This document shows positions 23,038 to 35,774 of a stretch of 64,000 nucleotides of DNA, piece after piece. Within the stretch, counting starts at the first letter, position 1. The number at the start of each line of letters is the position of its first letter. The stretch is from Schizochytrium sp. TIO01. Lineage: Eukaryota; Protista; Bigyra: Labyrinthulomycetes. A program made the position numbers and the translations under genes. The stretch covers positions 1,364,001 to 1,428,000 of the forward strand of contig SMSO01000004.1 of NCBI GenBank assembly GCA_004764695.1, in the 5' to 3' direction. Under the pieces are notes generated by a model. That model searched no databases. It was not told where the DNA came from and saw only the letters and a list, made by a program, of their open reading frames with translations.

Positions 23038-24408
23038 TCAATACTCTTGAATGTAGCTCTCGAAGCTGCATTCGAAAGGAACTGTGCCAGTGCTGGTGAA
23101 GTCGTCCTTGAGACTGATGATGTTAGCTGCAGTACCAGCGGTCAAGAGGATTGTGGCATAGAAAACAATGAAACCGAGCAAACACTTCTCCCACATAGGA
23201 ATTTCAGTACCACGTTTTTGGCATGACAAATAGTAAAAGTAGACCGGGGCATGGAAACCTAGAACTGGCGCGAAGAAGGATCCAAGGAGAGAAACTAAGC
23301 TGTCAAAGAAGGTGATACCGTTGGAAACTATGTAAGCGAAGCACAGACTGGAGAGCGTAATGACAAACCACACGATACGACCCTTAAATCCCTTATCCTC
23401 AAGAGTGCTGGGGGAGACGAGCATGTGGACACTGTGGTGAAAACCATAAGACATAATGAAGTAGGACTCAATCAAATGAAGGCAGAGAAAAATTGCCGCA
23501 GCGGTCAAGAGCCCACCATCAGTGTTCGGGTCAATTTCCTTGAGAATGGAGTCACTTGCATAAATTCCACTGAAGCTGTAGGCAGAAAGTCCAACGAGAA
23601 GGTAAAAACCAATTTGGATGGGTCCACTAACATAGAATGATTTGTTGAACTGAGTAGAGTCCTCCATCTCAGACATCATCTCAAGGTACACGAAGCAGCC
23701 AACATATGCAAATGTGATCTTCGAAAGGGCTCCAAAAAAGGTAAGCCACGAGATATCTTCAGGTGGCCCAGCTGTAGCGGTGTGCTTGTACTCAGCGGTA
23801 GACATCCCTTTGTACAAATATGCGAGAGTAAGAATTACCGCCATGCAAACACAAAAGAAGTTAACCCAGAAAATCCAGCGGGCAGAGGTCAAAGTACGAA
23901 GCTGAATGGGCCCGATCAAAATGGCAAAGACAATTGCTCCCCAGATTGGGTTGCAAAGCTCAACACCATAGAAGATCATTGCAATGGTCTGGGTGAACGC
24001 TAAAAAGTAGCTTGCTGCAAGAAAGAGAAAATAGATCATGGTGATCGCCTGAAGGCCGTTTTTCAGAGATTTGTAGGGGAAAGCTTTATCAGCAAGGTCG
24101 CCATAGGATCGAGAGTAACCGAAGGTCTGGTACGTGTGAGAAAGCAAGGTACCCATGTAGATACTGGCAAATCCCATAAGGATGATCAAAATAGTTGCGA
24201 GTACGTATCCGACTTCGGCGTATGCAATACCCATGGTAAGAACACCTACTCCGATGATCTCACCGATTTCGATCATACCAACAGTAGGCCATTTCAAGTG
24301 GCCAACGCGAACATTTTCAAGTCCAGGAGGGGTATCTACATCAGCCCATGCATCAGCAGCATCGACACGAGGAGAACCCACCACGACCTGTCCATTATCC
24401 TTGGCCAT
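23038..24408 (-). CDS. AAAP/Aa_trans amino acid transporter, array copy 2 (B-type body), 456 aa
   Basis: IGEIIGVGVLTMGIAYAEVG, SYGDLA, FAYVGCFVYLEMMSEMEDSTQFNKS, LVSLLGS; intact ORF colinear with the other copies. Confidence 0.93.
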   Translation of the reverse strand: MAKDNGQVVVGSPRVDAADAWADVDTPPGLENVRVGHLKWPTVGMIEIGEIIGVGVLTMGIAYAEVGYVLATILIILMGFASIYMGTLLSHTYQTFGYSRSYGDLADKAFPYKSLKNGLQAITMIYFLFLAASYFLAFTQTIAMIFYGVELCNPIWGAIVFAILIGPIQLRTLTSARWIFWVNFFCVCMAVILTLAYLYKGMSTAEYKHTATAGPPEDISWLTFFGALSKITFAYVGCFVYLEMMSEMEDSTQFNKSFYVSGPIQIGFYLLVGLSAYSFSGIYASDSILKEIDPNTDGGLLTAAAIFLCLHLIESYFIMSYGFHHSVHMLVSPSTLEDKGFKGRIVWFVITLSSLCFAYIVSNGITFFDSLVSLLGSFFAPVLGFHAPVYFYYLSCQKRGTEIPMWEKCLLGFIVFYATILLTAGTAANIISLKDDFTSTGTVPFECSFESYIQEY

Positions 24409-24466
24409 GGTTGCCTGTTTTGCGTATTGATTTGTGTATTCTTATTGAGTGCCGCTCGAGCTTTTC

Positions 24467-24506
24467 AAGTTTCGGTTTTGCTGATAGTCGAGGTTTCGTG
24501 TTTGCT
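24467..24506 (-). promoter_or_regulatory. Conserved leader motif (two copies) upstream of permease copy 2
   Basis: AAGTTTCGGTTTTGCT at 24467 and AGGTTTCGTGTTTGCT at 24491; 59 nt upstream of ATG. Confidence 0.55.
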
Positions 24507-24794
24507 TATCCTTATAAATTTATCTTCTCCTCGCTCACGCTGGTGAGTCGTTAGTTTATTTCTTAAGGTTTTCCATGCTTGCAATTTGTCTTTGGTTTAA
24601 AATATACGAAAAAGCAAAACAAAAGTGTTTTTTATAAACATCAAAAGGTGTCGTCAAGACATCGAGGCGGGGAAAGGGGATCTCCCCTGCACTGGAAGAT
24701 TAACTTTATAACAATAAATACATTCTAAAGCCCAAGTTTATTCATTAAGAGGTACTTTGGAGTTTAGGGTGAACCCAAAGCAGTGATGAAATAT

Positions 24795-24829
24795 TGCTCG
24801 TTGTGTTCGCTGCCGCTCGCTACCGCTCG
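24795..24829. promoter_or_regulatory. YGYTCG homotypic cluster upstream of permease copy 2
   Basis: TGCTCG 24795, TGTTCG 24804, CGCTCG 24814, CGCTCG 24824 (9/10/10 spacing). Confidence 0.55.
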
Positions 24830-27800
24830 CGATCTACTAAAGGCTCTTCTCCTTGAACAACTTTGACTTTCTAACATTAATTAATTCAGCTGTATATAGT
24901 TTTGCAAACATATAAGCACTACGCCACTAGTACAGAAGAGACGATTCAAGCTAAGCAAGGTGCTACCAAAGTTGAAGTTTTGTCCCGTTTGTAGCTCCAG
25001 TGAGTTGCTGGAATAGGTCTGGTATTCTCTTCAATGTGTCAGTGCTCATTAATATTTAATTTTACGTAAGATTACACTCAATTAAACAGAGTCTGGAGAA
25101 GGTTTGACACAGCCATACATGAAGAAAAACAACATCGCTTTACGATGGGCAGCACGTGAAAATCTTTTCTTTAATCTCACTTTCGAATAGCAAGTTCCTA
25201 CAGAATTCGGTGTGGGCTAAGCTTACACCTTTCTTGAAAATAGTAGGATCTTGTAAGACTTTCGTGGGCCAAAAGCACGCGGAGAAGGTCACGAGAGCAT
25301 GACCTCGTAGCTAAACCTAGCGCTAATATTCATCTTCCATGGTTGCCGTGAACTCTGATCTTTTGCATAACCAATGCCACATGTGGCACTTTTCAAGTGT
25401 TGTGATCTTTTTGCCACTTTCCTTCAATGCATAAACTCTAAAGCAGAGCAGCAAACATCTCTCGTTCTATTTGCCTGCAAAATGCTTTAGTCGCGTTGAG
25501 ACGGTGATGTTCTTTGCAATGTTTTTTATTTCTTATCTAGCACCAAGACCTTTACAGCGCTTGTCAAGCTGTTGCCTTCAAGTCCATCGCCACTAATAGC
25601 TCACCTTTGCAAGTGCCTTAAAACCTTGGGGAAACACACCCAATCTGATTCCATCGACCAGGAGACTTATTGAGACTCTTCGTTTTCTGACCGGAGTGTT
25701 CTTCCAATTCACGTCTTCACTCGTATAACTGAGGCAAGGCCCCAGGTTTTAGGAACAGAGAGTCTTAGTGCAGATTATTTCCTCCTATTAGCACCCATAC
25801 TTCTGGATCTGATCAGAGCGACAATGACTTGGTCAACCTACCTAGCAATATAACAAACTTCCAACTTAGGCTCAAGGTTACTACTAGGTTAGCACCATAA
25901 TTTCTCACATTGCAAGGGTAATACAGAAGCTTGTCTGGCATGGCTCGTACTGCACGTTGAACATCAAAGTCAAAGTATTCAGAAGCTTACACACCTGTTG
26001 CAAAGCATGCGATAAGATGACTCTACCACTTTGGTTTTTTAGATCTAACTTAGAAAATAATCCTTAAAATTCTTCACAATATGAGATTTTTTAAATGAAT
26101 GTTGATAGTGTTTGCGCTATTAGTTCCAGATTACTTTGGCGAGTTTGGCCCTTTGACCATCTAGCTAGCGACGTAACAAATGCGAGTTGCGCGCGGCAGT
26201 GGCCCAGAAATTAGAAAACGGGCCAAACATGCTCATGGCAAGCGAGTATACCTAGAACAACTTTGAGCTCACCAAATCTTCCGGAAGTATGGGAATGGCG
26301 TGGTAAACACTAATGCTGAGAACCACCCTCCTTCGCTTATCCTCAGAGCCGTGAATGCTGTGTTCCTTTGGAATTTCTGTCGTGATTTCAATCCGAAATC
26401 TCTGACCGCAGGAATCAGAAAGCTTGACTAGGAAGGCTGTGCCAAGGAAAACTTACTTAGACACTATAACTATTCTTTCCCTGCCATGAAATCAACATGC
26501 CATTTCTATTTCGAATATACTTCCTCAGTTCGACAACCTATCGAAACCAACATACATAGGGTCTAATTACTACAGCAACCTCGCGTGCAAGTCTGTTGGC
26601 TTGCACGCGCGGCACTCTGGTACGAAATAAATTTGTTGTGCACAATATTGGAGCTTTCAAATTAGCTTCATCTCTAAAAATCACTTGACCCCATCGTGCT
26701 TTCATGGTCTTCAGCTGAGTTCTTCTAATTTCTGCGTGGAACTTCTTTTTTTCACTGATAACTCGGATGGTTGCTCATCAAGGCTGCTCGCAGCAATCAT
26801 TCCAGGGCCTGGCTCAGCACTGTTCGCGCCGCTGCAGCGGCTCATCGCACAACCCTGCTCGCCAGTGCTCGCACGGGGAACTAGGATTTCGCGATGGGCT
26901 GTCAGATGTACTCGAAAATTACATGAATCCTTTTTGATCTGAAATGCTTCAAAAGATCAAAAAAATAGAACGCAACAAGCCAAGCTGCACAGATATGATT
27001 CTCGACAGCCCGGCAATGCCACTGCCTCAATCTAGCATGTTTCTCTCAGACAGCTTGACGGCTTGGAGTTTTAGTTGAGTCTCAACGATATGCAGTTTTT
27101 CAAGGTCTTCTTGGTTTACGTTGCTCCTAGCTCCAAAGGGAATTAGTAGGACTAAAACAATCAATATACAACACAGTAGGTAGTAGTGCGCAACACTCGT
27201 CAACAATGATGACTCCGGGTGACTCTCCAAGATCAATTTCCTATTACAATTAGCAAAAACACCCTATCCGATGTTCTCTCAGGTTCCACAATGAGATTAA
27301 TATGGTTAAGAATCACTTAAGTCTTAGTCTCTAACTTCCATATTTCTTATTAGGCTTTTTTATTATCATAATAGTCTGGGCACAAACATATAGAAACCTG
27401 AATTGCTACTCCATGAGCCTCGTGTTGAGCACAACAAATCGATTCATTGCTCAATGATATATGAGCGGGCCGCCCTGATCTCCAGTTTGCGACGATGTAG
27501 ACGATATTTCCGTGGATCAGACGCGGCCTGTTATTCCACTCTTCTGATCCAACTTTAACGTGGGGAAAACAAAAGGTGTGTGCACTTACGGCAACCTAGA
27601 GATTCTTACGAGGTAGTGCGAAGATTATGTACGCAAAACATAGGAGCGGACCATCCGTTTGCGCTTCGTACATCGTTGAGTCTGCAAGCGGGACTAGCTG
27701 GCGTCTTTGGGTCTAGAGTGCTTTGTTTTCCTTTGTTTTCCTCGCTTTGTGTTAGCCATGTGTATGTGGCTTCTACTCTGACGAGTAGTTGATTGACTAG

Positions 27801-30800
27801 CATGAGGAGGCTCGGGAAAGGGAGGTTGAGGGAGTGAAACTGCTGGCGAGCGCGCGAGGGAAAGGCCGAGGAGCGAGGGAAGAAGTAAGTCACAAAGCTC
27901 AAGCTGTATAAACTATCAGCCAAGTCAAGATGAGTCCGATGGCAGGTTTATGGCGAGGACCTGGATGCAGAAATTGCATTTCGCGGCCCGGGACAGCGAG
28001 AGTGGGTGCTTACTTCTTCGCGAGTGCCATGACACGCACTTGAACGAGGATAACTTACTTGTCAGCCTTGCTAGCTTTGCAAGCTTTGCAAGGTGATGGT
28101 ATACAACTAGTTAGTTGTAGTGGCTACCTGTAAATTCATAGTGCCAATATGGAGGATCCTACGGAAGCGGTGCGGACTGTGCAAAGCACTCTAACGAATT
28201 CAGCATTCTGGCCCACGAAAATAGCGATGGACCACACCGTCTCGTTCCACGGTCTAGACCTCCTACCACGTCGCGAGATAGATAGTGTTTTTGATGTGAG
28301 ACTAAAGAGTCGTGAAACATCTTCGTATATACCTAAAATGATTAAGCTAAGCAGCGCAACAAAACCTGTCTGACCGTCATTCTCGCTGGAACATTTTCGT
28401 GTAAGAGAGCACCTGGTGTGCAAAGGCTGTGTTTTAGGCAGTTCTACCATAATAAAAGTGCACGCACTAAACCAGTGTCGCAATTCGCGGTAGATATCAA
28501 CGCAAACAAACTGCAAGCCCTTAGATCAAGTCAACTTGGATGGACGGATCTAGTGAATAGGCAGCTGCTTTGAATATAGGAGGACATCAACTAGAACATG
28601 GTCATCAAGCTCAGAAGGTGAACCTGTAGCTGCTTGAGACATATCATGCCTATTGTGAAAAAGCAGATGGCATCTTGAGGGAGTCGTCGGTTGCCATATC
28701 ATTATTGAGAGGATATAGCTAGAATGCGCCCATAGACTTCACAGCATATGAATTTGCAGCTAGTTGTCTTTCTTGCTAGACTAAATATTACTATGATTAT
28801 ACTAGTCACATTTGGAATTGGCTCGATTGAATAGACCTCTTTCGGTGCCGGGGGTTCGGGCTTGTTCAAACGGGACCATGCTCACTAGCCCAAGGCTACT
28901 CCTATCAACCATCTTGCATTGGTGAAAAGCCAAGTATAAGCATGTCGATCCGAATTTTCTAGCTTACGATACAATGAACTCACGTCTCTCAATCGAGTCC
29001 GAACGATGTTATTATCAGGACTAAACAACTACGGCAAAGTTTTGCTGAAGGTGCCCGCTCTTTCCTCCTATATTTTACTTACTGACATTTGTCTATTAGC
29101 GTTTACAAACGAAGCTAATGTTTCCTCGACTTTACTTAGTATAAAAATTCCGCGCTGCAATTCCAGCAAAAAGATACAAGCATGTATTTACGAAATGCAA
29201 TTGGTAGACGCTTAACAAGAAGGCGTTGTGACATCCACAAACATAGCACAACGTTATCGATGCTGGGTGATTAGTTCATGCATGGTATCCATTTCAGAGC
29301 TCATCTAAGTTCTGCATTTGTATAACAGAATGATGCTAGACTTAAAGACTGAAGAAAATGTTACCAAATGGTATCCAGCGGCTATTTCTTCAATTTGCTT
29401 GGTCAATATGTGAGGTCCGCTGGTGCGGGAACTCATGAGTTGCACTTTGATTTAAATGTATGGTTCTCTTTACGTTCACTTGCTCACTTTTGTCACCTAA
29501 CTATTATCAATTGCATATCTTCGCGATTTTTAAATTCGTGTAAAATTCCAATTTACTAGCTTTAGCATATAAATAAACATTTCTTTATTATACCACACAT
29601 GGACTCGTGTCTCGATGTTGTAAGTTAAAAATTGTGTCTGGTGATCAGTACCTAGATGTATTTTTCCATCCTTCGAATGTTTATGTGTTTTCAGATACTT
29701 TTGTGCAATTTTATTCTCGAGAACATGTGCGACTTTCTATTTCACTAAGGAAAAAAAAAAGTCTGTAGTCCGTGCATCTACCTCATCATATATTTTAGTG
29801 ATACATGCAGAGATTATACTTGCATCAATGAGTTGTCTGTAACCCCCTTCCACTCCTCCTGGAAGTATAATTCATTGGACAATATTCATTCACTTAAGGA
29901 TAATCACATGTAATTACAATTGGATAACTTAAAACAAAGGAGTCAAACTCGACATTGAGTTTCTGTAACATTTTTCACAGAAATGAAATAATAATTAAAT
30001 AAGGGGGGGAAAGAAGAGAGTTTCGTTAAAACTACGGTATAATTGTTGTAAAGCTTAGTTTCGTAGGAACAGGGAGAATCTCGCTTTTGCTGACTTTTTG
30101 TTTTGTTTTAGTTTGTTTTGTCATGAAGCATCTACCATTACTAATAATATAAATATTACCTATTACCTATTACCTACAAAGAACAAAAGTGAACTACTAT
30201 GAACAAAGGTTAAGAGAGCGTCTTTGTAACCAAAATTAGTATTGAGAGCCCACACTTGATAGCCTGATATGAAGTAAAGTAAGTGTGCTTGCGGTATGTT
30301 CCCTCTCTCCCTCGGGAAATGCCTTTCTTTCTACCATTTTCCCTATATTGTTATTTCAACACATAGCTTTTTTAATTAATATTAGTAGTTAAGCAAGGAG
30401 AGGATTATTAGCCCTCATTCGAGTCTGTAGCTTTGAAAGAATTGGTGCACGTGCAATAAGTTAAAAAAAGTATAGGGGTGGAGAGACGTTATTCATGGGG
30501 CGTTTTGAGGCAAATGCATGGTAGAGTCGTGAGCTAAACTTAGAAAATAAGAAAGAGATTGCAGTCACAACCAAATTCATCACCATTTAACTTGGACTGA
30601 CATAATCGAGTCGATCATCATATGCAACGTAAGCAGATTCAAAGTAGAAATACTTAAGGATATCTTCATTGTACGTCTACGCCAGTCTAGAATTATTTTA
30701 TTTGCAGACCAGTTAAGCCTCATAATACTACGGATGTTTTACGTAACATATTACCAAGAAATTACGCAATAGAGCTCTTGCAGAAAGTGTAAGCTACCTC

Positions 30801-33735
30801 CTTCTCCAATTTTGGTGTTTACTCCTCAAGAAAAATAAAATTGGCTTCGATTAGCTATTTTGTACGTCTTGACAAACACAAGTAGAACAATGTTCACTAG
30901 CTGAATGTGCGACATGATCATCAATGTGCTTTTCGAAAGACACCTTCTTTCGTTCACAAACAATATAGTTGGCAAGATTGAACAGTGCTTGTTACAATCA
31001 GAATGGTGAGCGACTCTTGGCGTACCGTTGAGTTAAACAATTTTCGTTAGAATTGCTACTTAATCTCAAGCCAATTAGACAAAAACTTCACGCAAACATT
31101 TATTGGAGGGATAACAGACAACTAGGTACTAAACCAAGATCCGCAATTTTGTGCTTACAGATAAGTATTCAAGAGAATGATGATAAGAGAGACTGAAATT
31201 GCAAGTTGAGAAAACGTACCAATCGAGCTTCTTTAAATTTGATCATTTGATCATTTGAACATTTAGAATCTGACTATCTAGTATACTTTTGCCCATTTTG
31301 ACTTCTACTTACAGGCCAAAAGATACAAAGCCAAAGCTTATAACGTAATCCGAGTCCTTTTCATTCATAAAATCCGAACCGACTCTAAGCAAGTACACTG
31401 TCTCTGTGCAGGTAATCATTATTCATTTTAATGTATTTATAGTGTTCAATGAACGAAAAAAAAACTCCAACTTTTAATTTTTAGATTGATGGTGTATAAT
31501 TTCTTGTGAGCTGTGTTATCATTAGCTAGAGCATAATGGGAAGATGAAGGGAAACATTTAAGATGATTTAAAGAACCCATTCTAAACTTAGACCGGTAAA
31601 GTTAGCGATTTACTTACCTAGGGAATGGAAATTAAGGCGGTGTGGCTAATATTATTTTGTAGTATACAGGGACAGAGATTCTGTATAGTATGTGACTGAA
31701 GAGGTCAGATTAACTCATTCCCGCAATTCGCACTTATATATATTTTTTTGAATATATAGTACACTTTCAGGTATTGTGTTGTTTGACTTCACACTTGTAT
31801 CGAATTATCTATAGCTCTAATCCGCCCGAATATAGCGCTTCAGGAGTTACAATAGCGTACAAAAAACCCTGGCATTATCTTGTCCACATAAACCTAAGAT
31901 TGGCGATGTCCGTTATATTAAGAAAGTAGTTTCAATAATTTCTCATCGATTTTAAGTGCGGGGAACATGGGCAACTTTTATTCGAAAAACCGACTAGTAC
32001 CACCTCGAATTTCGTTTTTTTATTTGTATTTTCCTTTTTTTAAATGGCAACATTCTGTCACGGGAGCGAACGCAATGTGAGAAAGCAAAAATGTTTGATG
32101 CCAGTTGGAATAGCCATTTAGAAAACCCTGAGACAATGATGTGTGAGAATATGAGGAAATCAACTTTGGAACACGTTGCTATAAGGTGAAAATCCATATT
32201 GATCGAAGATCCAACCTCTGTAGAATGAAATTCACACAGGCCTAGTAGAATTGTAAAACTCCAAATGGACAGTAGAGGACATAAGCTGTAAGTCCCTAAA
32301 GGACCCTAAGTAAGTCTCTTGTTATAAAGAGGAAACATAGACATTGGAAAACTAATTAGCAGCGAACCCTGAACTCAAACAAGCTCAAGGCAAACATAGC
32401 AATAACCTTTAATTAATATAGTCAAACATATAAACCACTTCTCTTAATGATCTTTAAGTTTACGTAATCACGTTTCATTACTGGCCCATATTTAATCAGT
32501 GTACAGCAGCATTGACGACACATAGGCCATGTCCAACATTGCTTGAATTTAGAAAGAACCCTGTTTTGAGCATTAAGCCACCGAAAACACCTATAAAAAA
32601 TGCATAGTGAATGGGTGAGAAGGACTACCATTGTCCACGTTGATAAACACGGCACCAAATTCGAATATGCTGACGTACCTATCGAAGGAAGTAGTGAAAG
32701 AGGAGTTGGTAGAGTTTTAGGCGTTCCAATGTAAGACCTCAAGCATTTAAGACTAGCATATAAGTAGAAATAGATATCCATACTTCTTGATTTACAAGCT
32801 ACGAACCAAAATTAAGCATAGACATTACATAGAATCAAATATAGAGTCTGAACCAATAGCTGAAGAGACAACTTAACCAAACCTCGTCAATAGTGTCTGG
32901 CTCAGATTAAGGTTATCTTAGTCTATCTATAGCATGAATCAATCTGCGGTTCCAAAAATAGCAGATTTCTAACTCTTGAAGCCACATATTATGATGATTT
33001 CTTCAGCCTTCTTCAAGCCTTCATCTTCATAGTCATCCTCTAGCTGACCAAACCCATCTTTTAGTAGAACCTTGAAAGTTTCCTCGTCAGTCTAGTGATA
33101 TAAAGTTTATCATTAAAAAAAAAAGTATTAATATTTCTACCGCGATCGAGTTCATGCAGAAGTCCAATCTCTGCTCCACAACTGCAGCTGATATAGTAAA
33201 CTCCTACTCTTTAAATATAAATATTTTGAGCATAGAAGAATCAGCCAGGGCAATTTGGTTCTAATCTTTGTCTATCTTCAGTCGAAGAATATTCGTGGGA
33301 AATGCTTTTAGCATATTGCACAGTAAAAGTTCATGCAAACACGAAATAATTTCTTGCTATAGTTGAGCAGATTCTCTTGAAATCCTCCATTAAGTCTGAC
33401 AACTTATTAAAAAATAACTACTCGCAAGTCTGAGAGTATGTTTTGAGAAGCAAAGGGCTGAAAAAGGAAGTTCTGCTTAGTTTTACCTGATCAAAGCCTT
33501 TGCATAGGGAGGGTGGGATGCTAAGTTTGGGATCTAGTTGAGGGGAAATTATCGAGAGAGAATAAAAAATTGAGTTTAGCTGTAAATTTGAGATGGAGAC
33601 AGTTGAGAGCACAACATGGCTCAAGTGTTTCAGGGTATTTTATAGTGATAGGAAGAACATGAATTTGATTCCAAAGCCCTTGCGTTTTATAGCTGTAGAG
33701 GGTGAAGCAAACTTTGGATAGGTTGACCAACCTTC

Positions 33736-35114
33736 TTAGAAGGTAGACTGGTAGCTCTCATAGAGGCACTGGAAGGGGACAGCGCCAGAGTCAACAAAGT
33801 TGTCCATGAGAGAGATGATGTTGGCGGCAGTACCGGCACAGAGAAGAGTAAGGGAGTAGATTGAGAGGATGACAAGGAAGATTTTTTCCCAGAGTGCAAT
33901 CTCAATGTTGCTCTCCTTGTATGCAATCCAAAAGAAGCCCATGGGAGCGAGGAAAGCAAGGATCGGGCCAAAGAGGGATCCCAAGAGGGACACTAGACTG
34001 TCAAAAAAGTAGACACCGTTGGACACGACGTAGGAAAAGATGAGAGTGATGAAAGAGATGACGAACCAAACGAGGCGACCGCGCCAGCCATTGTCGTTGA
34101 CGGTGCTTGGTGAGACGATCTCGTGGACGTTACGGTGGAAGGCACACGCAATGATAAAATAAGAGACCAGAAGATGAAGGGCAAGGCAGACAGCAGCTGC
34201 AGACACAAGACCACCGTTTGCACTCGGGTCAACTTCCTTAAGAATAGAATCACTGGCATTCTCACCGCTGAAGGTGTAAGAGACAATACCGACAAGGAGG
34301 TAAAGGCCAATCTGAACAGGAGCACTAATGTAGAAAGACTTGGGGAAATCTCCAGCGTTGCCCATCTCAGCAATCATCTCAAAGTAGACGTAGCAGCCAA
34401 GGTAAGCGAAGGTAATCTTGGAGAGTGCACCGAAGAAGTCAATCCAGGTCATTCCCTCAGGAGGAGATCCAGTTGTAGTCTCGCGACCAGTCGAGTCCTT
34501 CATGTTGATAAAGAGGTAGATGAGCACCATGAAAATTGCAACAACGATGCAGGCAAAGTTAATCCAAAAGACAATGCGAGCAGTGGTGAAGCTACGGACC
34601 TGGATCGGGACGATAAGAGCTCCAAAGGCAACGAGACCCCAGAGAGCATCACAGAGACCAACGCCCCAGAAAACAATACTGAGTGTCTGGGTAAGTGCGA
34701 GAAAGTAACTTGAGACGGTGAAAAGCATGTAGATGTTTGTGACTGCTTGACAAACCAGGAGTAAAACTTGTTCTTGAAGAGCTGGTCGGAAATTGAGCTG
34801 TACGAATGGGCGTTAGGGTAAAGGACGGCGGTGCGGTGGATAAGCATACCAATGTAAATGTTAATAGGGCCAAGGATGCCGATAAGGACAATGGCAAGAG
34901 CATATCCAACTTCAGCAAATGCAAGACCCATGGTGAGCACACCTACACCAACAATCTCACCAATCTGAATCATACTGACGGTGCGCCAGCTGAGGTTACC
35001 CTCACGGCCACCATGGTTTGAAGAGGCTTCAGGGGTCTCATCAACAAAGGACTTGGACTTGGTCGCACCAACTCGACCAGCGTCGAGCGACATGTCGCCG
35101 CCTTCAAGAGCCAT
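33736..35114 (-). pseudogene. AAAP/Aa_trans amino acid transporter, array copy 3 (A-type body), split by a 1-bp deletion near 34746; either a young pseudogene or a sequencing error in an intact 459-aa gene
   Basis: ORFs 34500..35114 (N-part) and 33736..34728 (C-part) both match copy 1. Minus strand reads TGG TTT GTC AAG CA GTC ACA AAC ATC TAC ATG; adding one base (AAG GCA) gives WFVKAVTNIYMLFT, aligning with copy 1 WFVKGSTYIYMLFT. No other lesion seen. Confidence 0.85.
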
Positions 35115-35161
35115 GGTTACTTGTAGTTTGCTGAAGTAGCTGTTCTTCGGTTTTCGAATTG

Positions 35162-35177
35162 AAGTTTCGGGTTTGCT
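35162..35177 (-). promoter_or_regulatory. Conserved leader motif upstream of permease copy 3
   Basis: AAGTTTCGGGTTTGCT, 48 nt upstream of ATG. Confidence 0.6.
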
Positions 35178-35729
35178 TTGGCTAGTTTGCTTGCAAGGAT
35201 GGGTTTGCTTGAGCCCTTGCTCGTGTTGTTTTTGTCTCTATAGTCATCTTTTTGTGCTTACAGCTCCTTTGTTTTCTAGTGTGAACCCTATAATTGCTCG
35301 TGAGGACGTTTTCTTCCTGTCCATAGTAAGCAATTACTTATATTTCGTAGGGAAACAAGCAACTGCAAAAGTCAAATTACAGGCAAGCACGCTCCTCATT
35401 TTTTGTAAGACAATCGGGGCCCGGATTTTATTTTACGTTTTCCCATAATCATGATACAGATCACAAAGAAGAGAGAATAAAAGAATTTTTAAAAAGAAGA
35501 AAACAAGGTGACGAGATTGACTTTAAAGTTTCCATCTATTCACTTAACCTTCGTGCTTCTGTGCGACCAGCTCGGCGTGACCACGCATGCATCTTGGCGG
35601 CCTTGGGCACTGTCCACCTGCGCCAACCATGCTGAAGTTGCGCTGCGCCAGCCGGTACAAAGTCCAAGAAAATTTGTGGTCTTCACCCCGCGCGTAGAGC
35701 CGTGCGCTGCAGTAGGCAAATGGAATATT

Positions 35730-35774
35730 TGTTCGCCTTGTTCGCTCCGCTCGCCGTTGTTCGTGTCTTGCTTG
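35730..35774. promoter_or_regulatory. YGYTCG homotypic cluster upstream of permease copy 3
   Basis: TGTTCG 35730, TGTTCG 35739, CGCTCG 35748, TGTTCG 35758, TGCTTG 35769. Confidence 0.55.

Noticed and set aside
34735-34760. Programmed ribosomal frameshift or small intron repairing copy 3
   Set aside because: No slippery heptamer, and alignment needs one added base rather than removal of sequence
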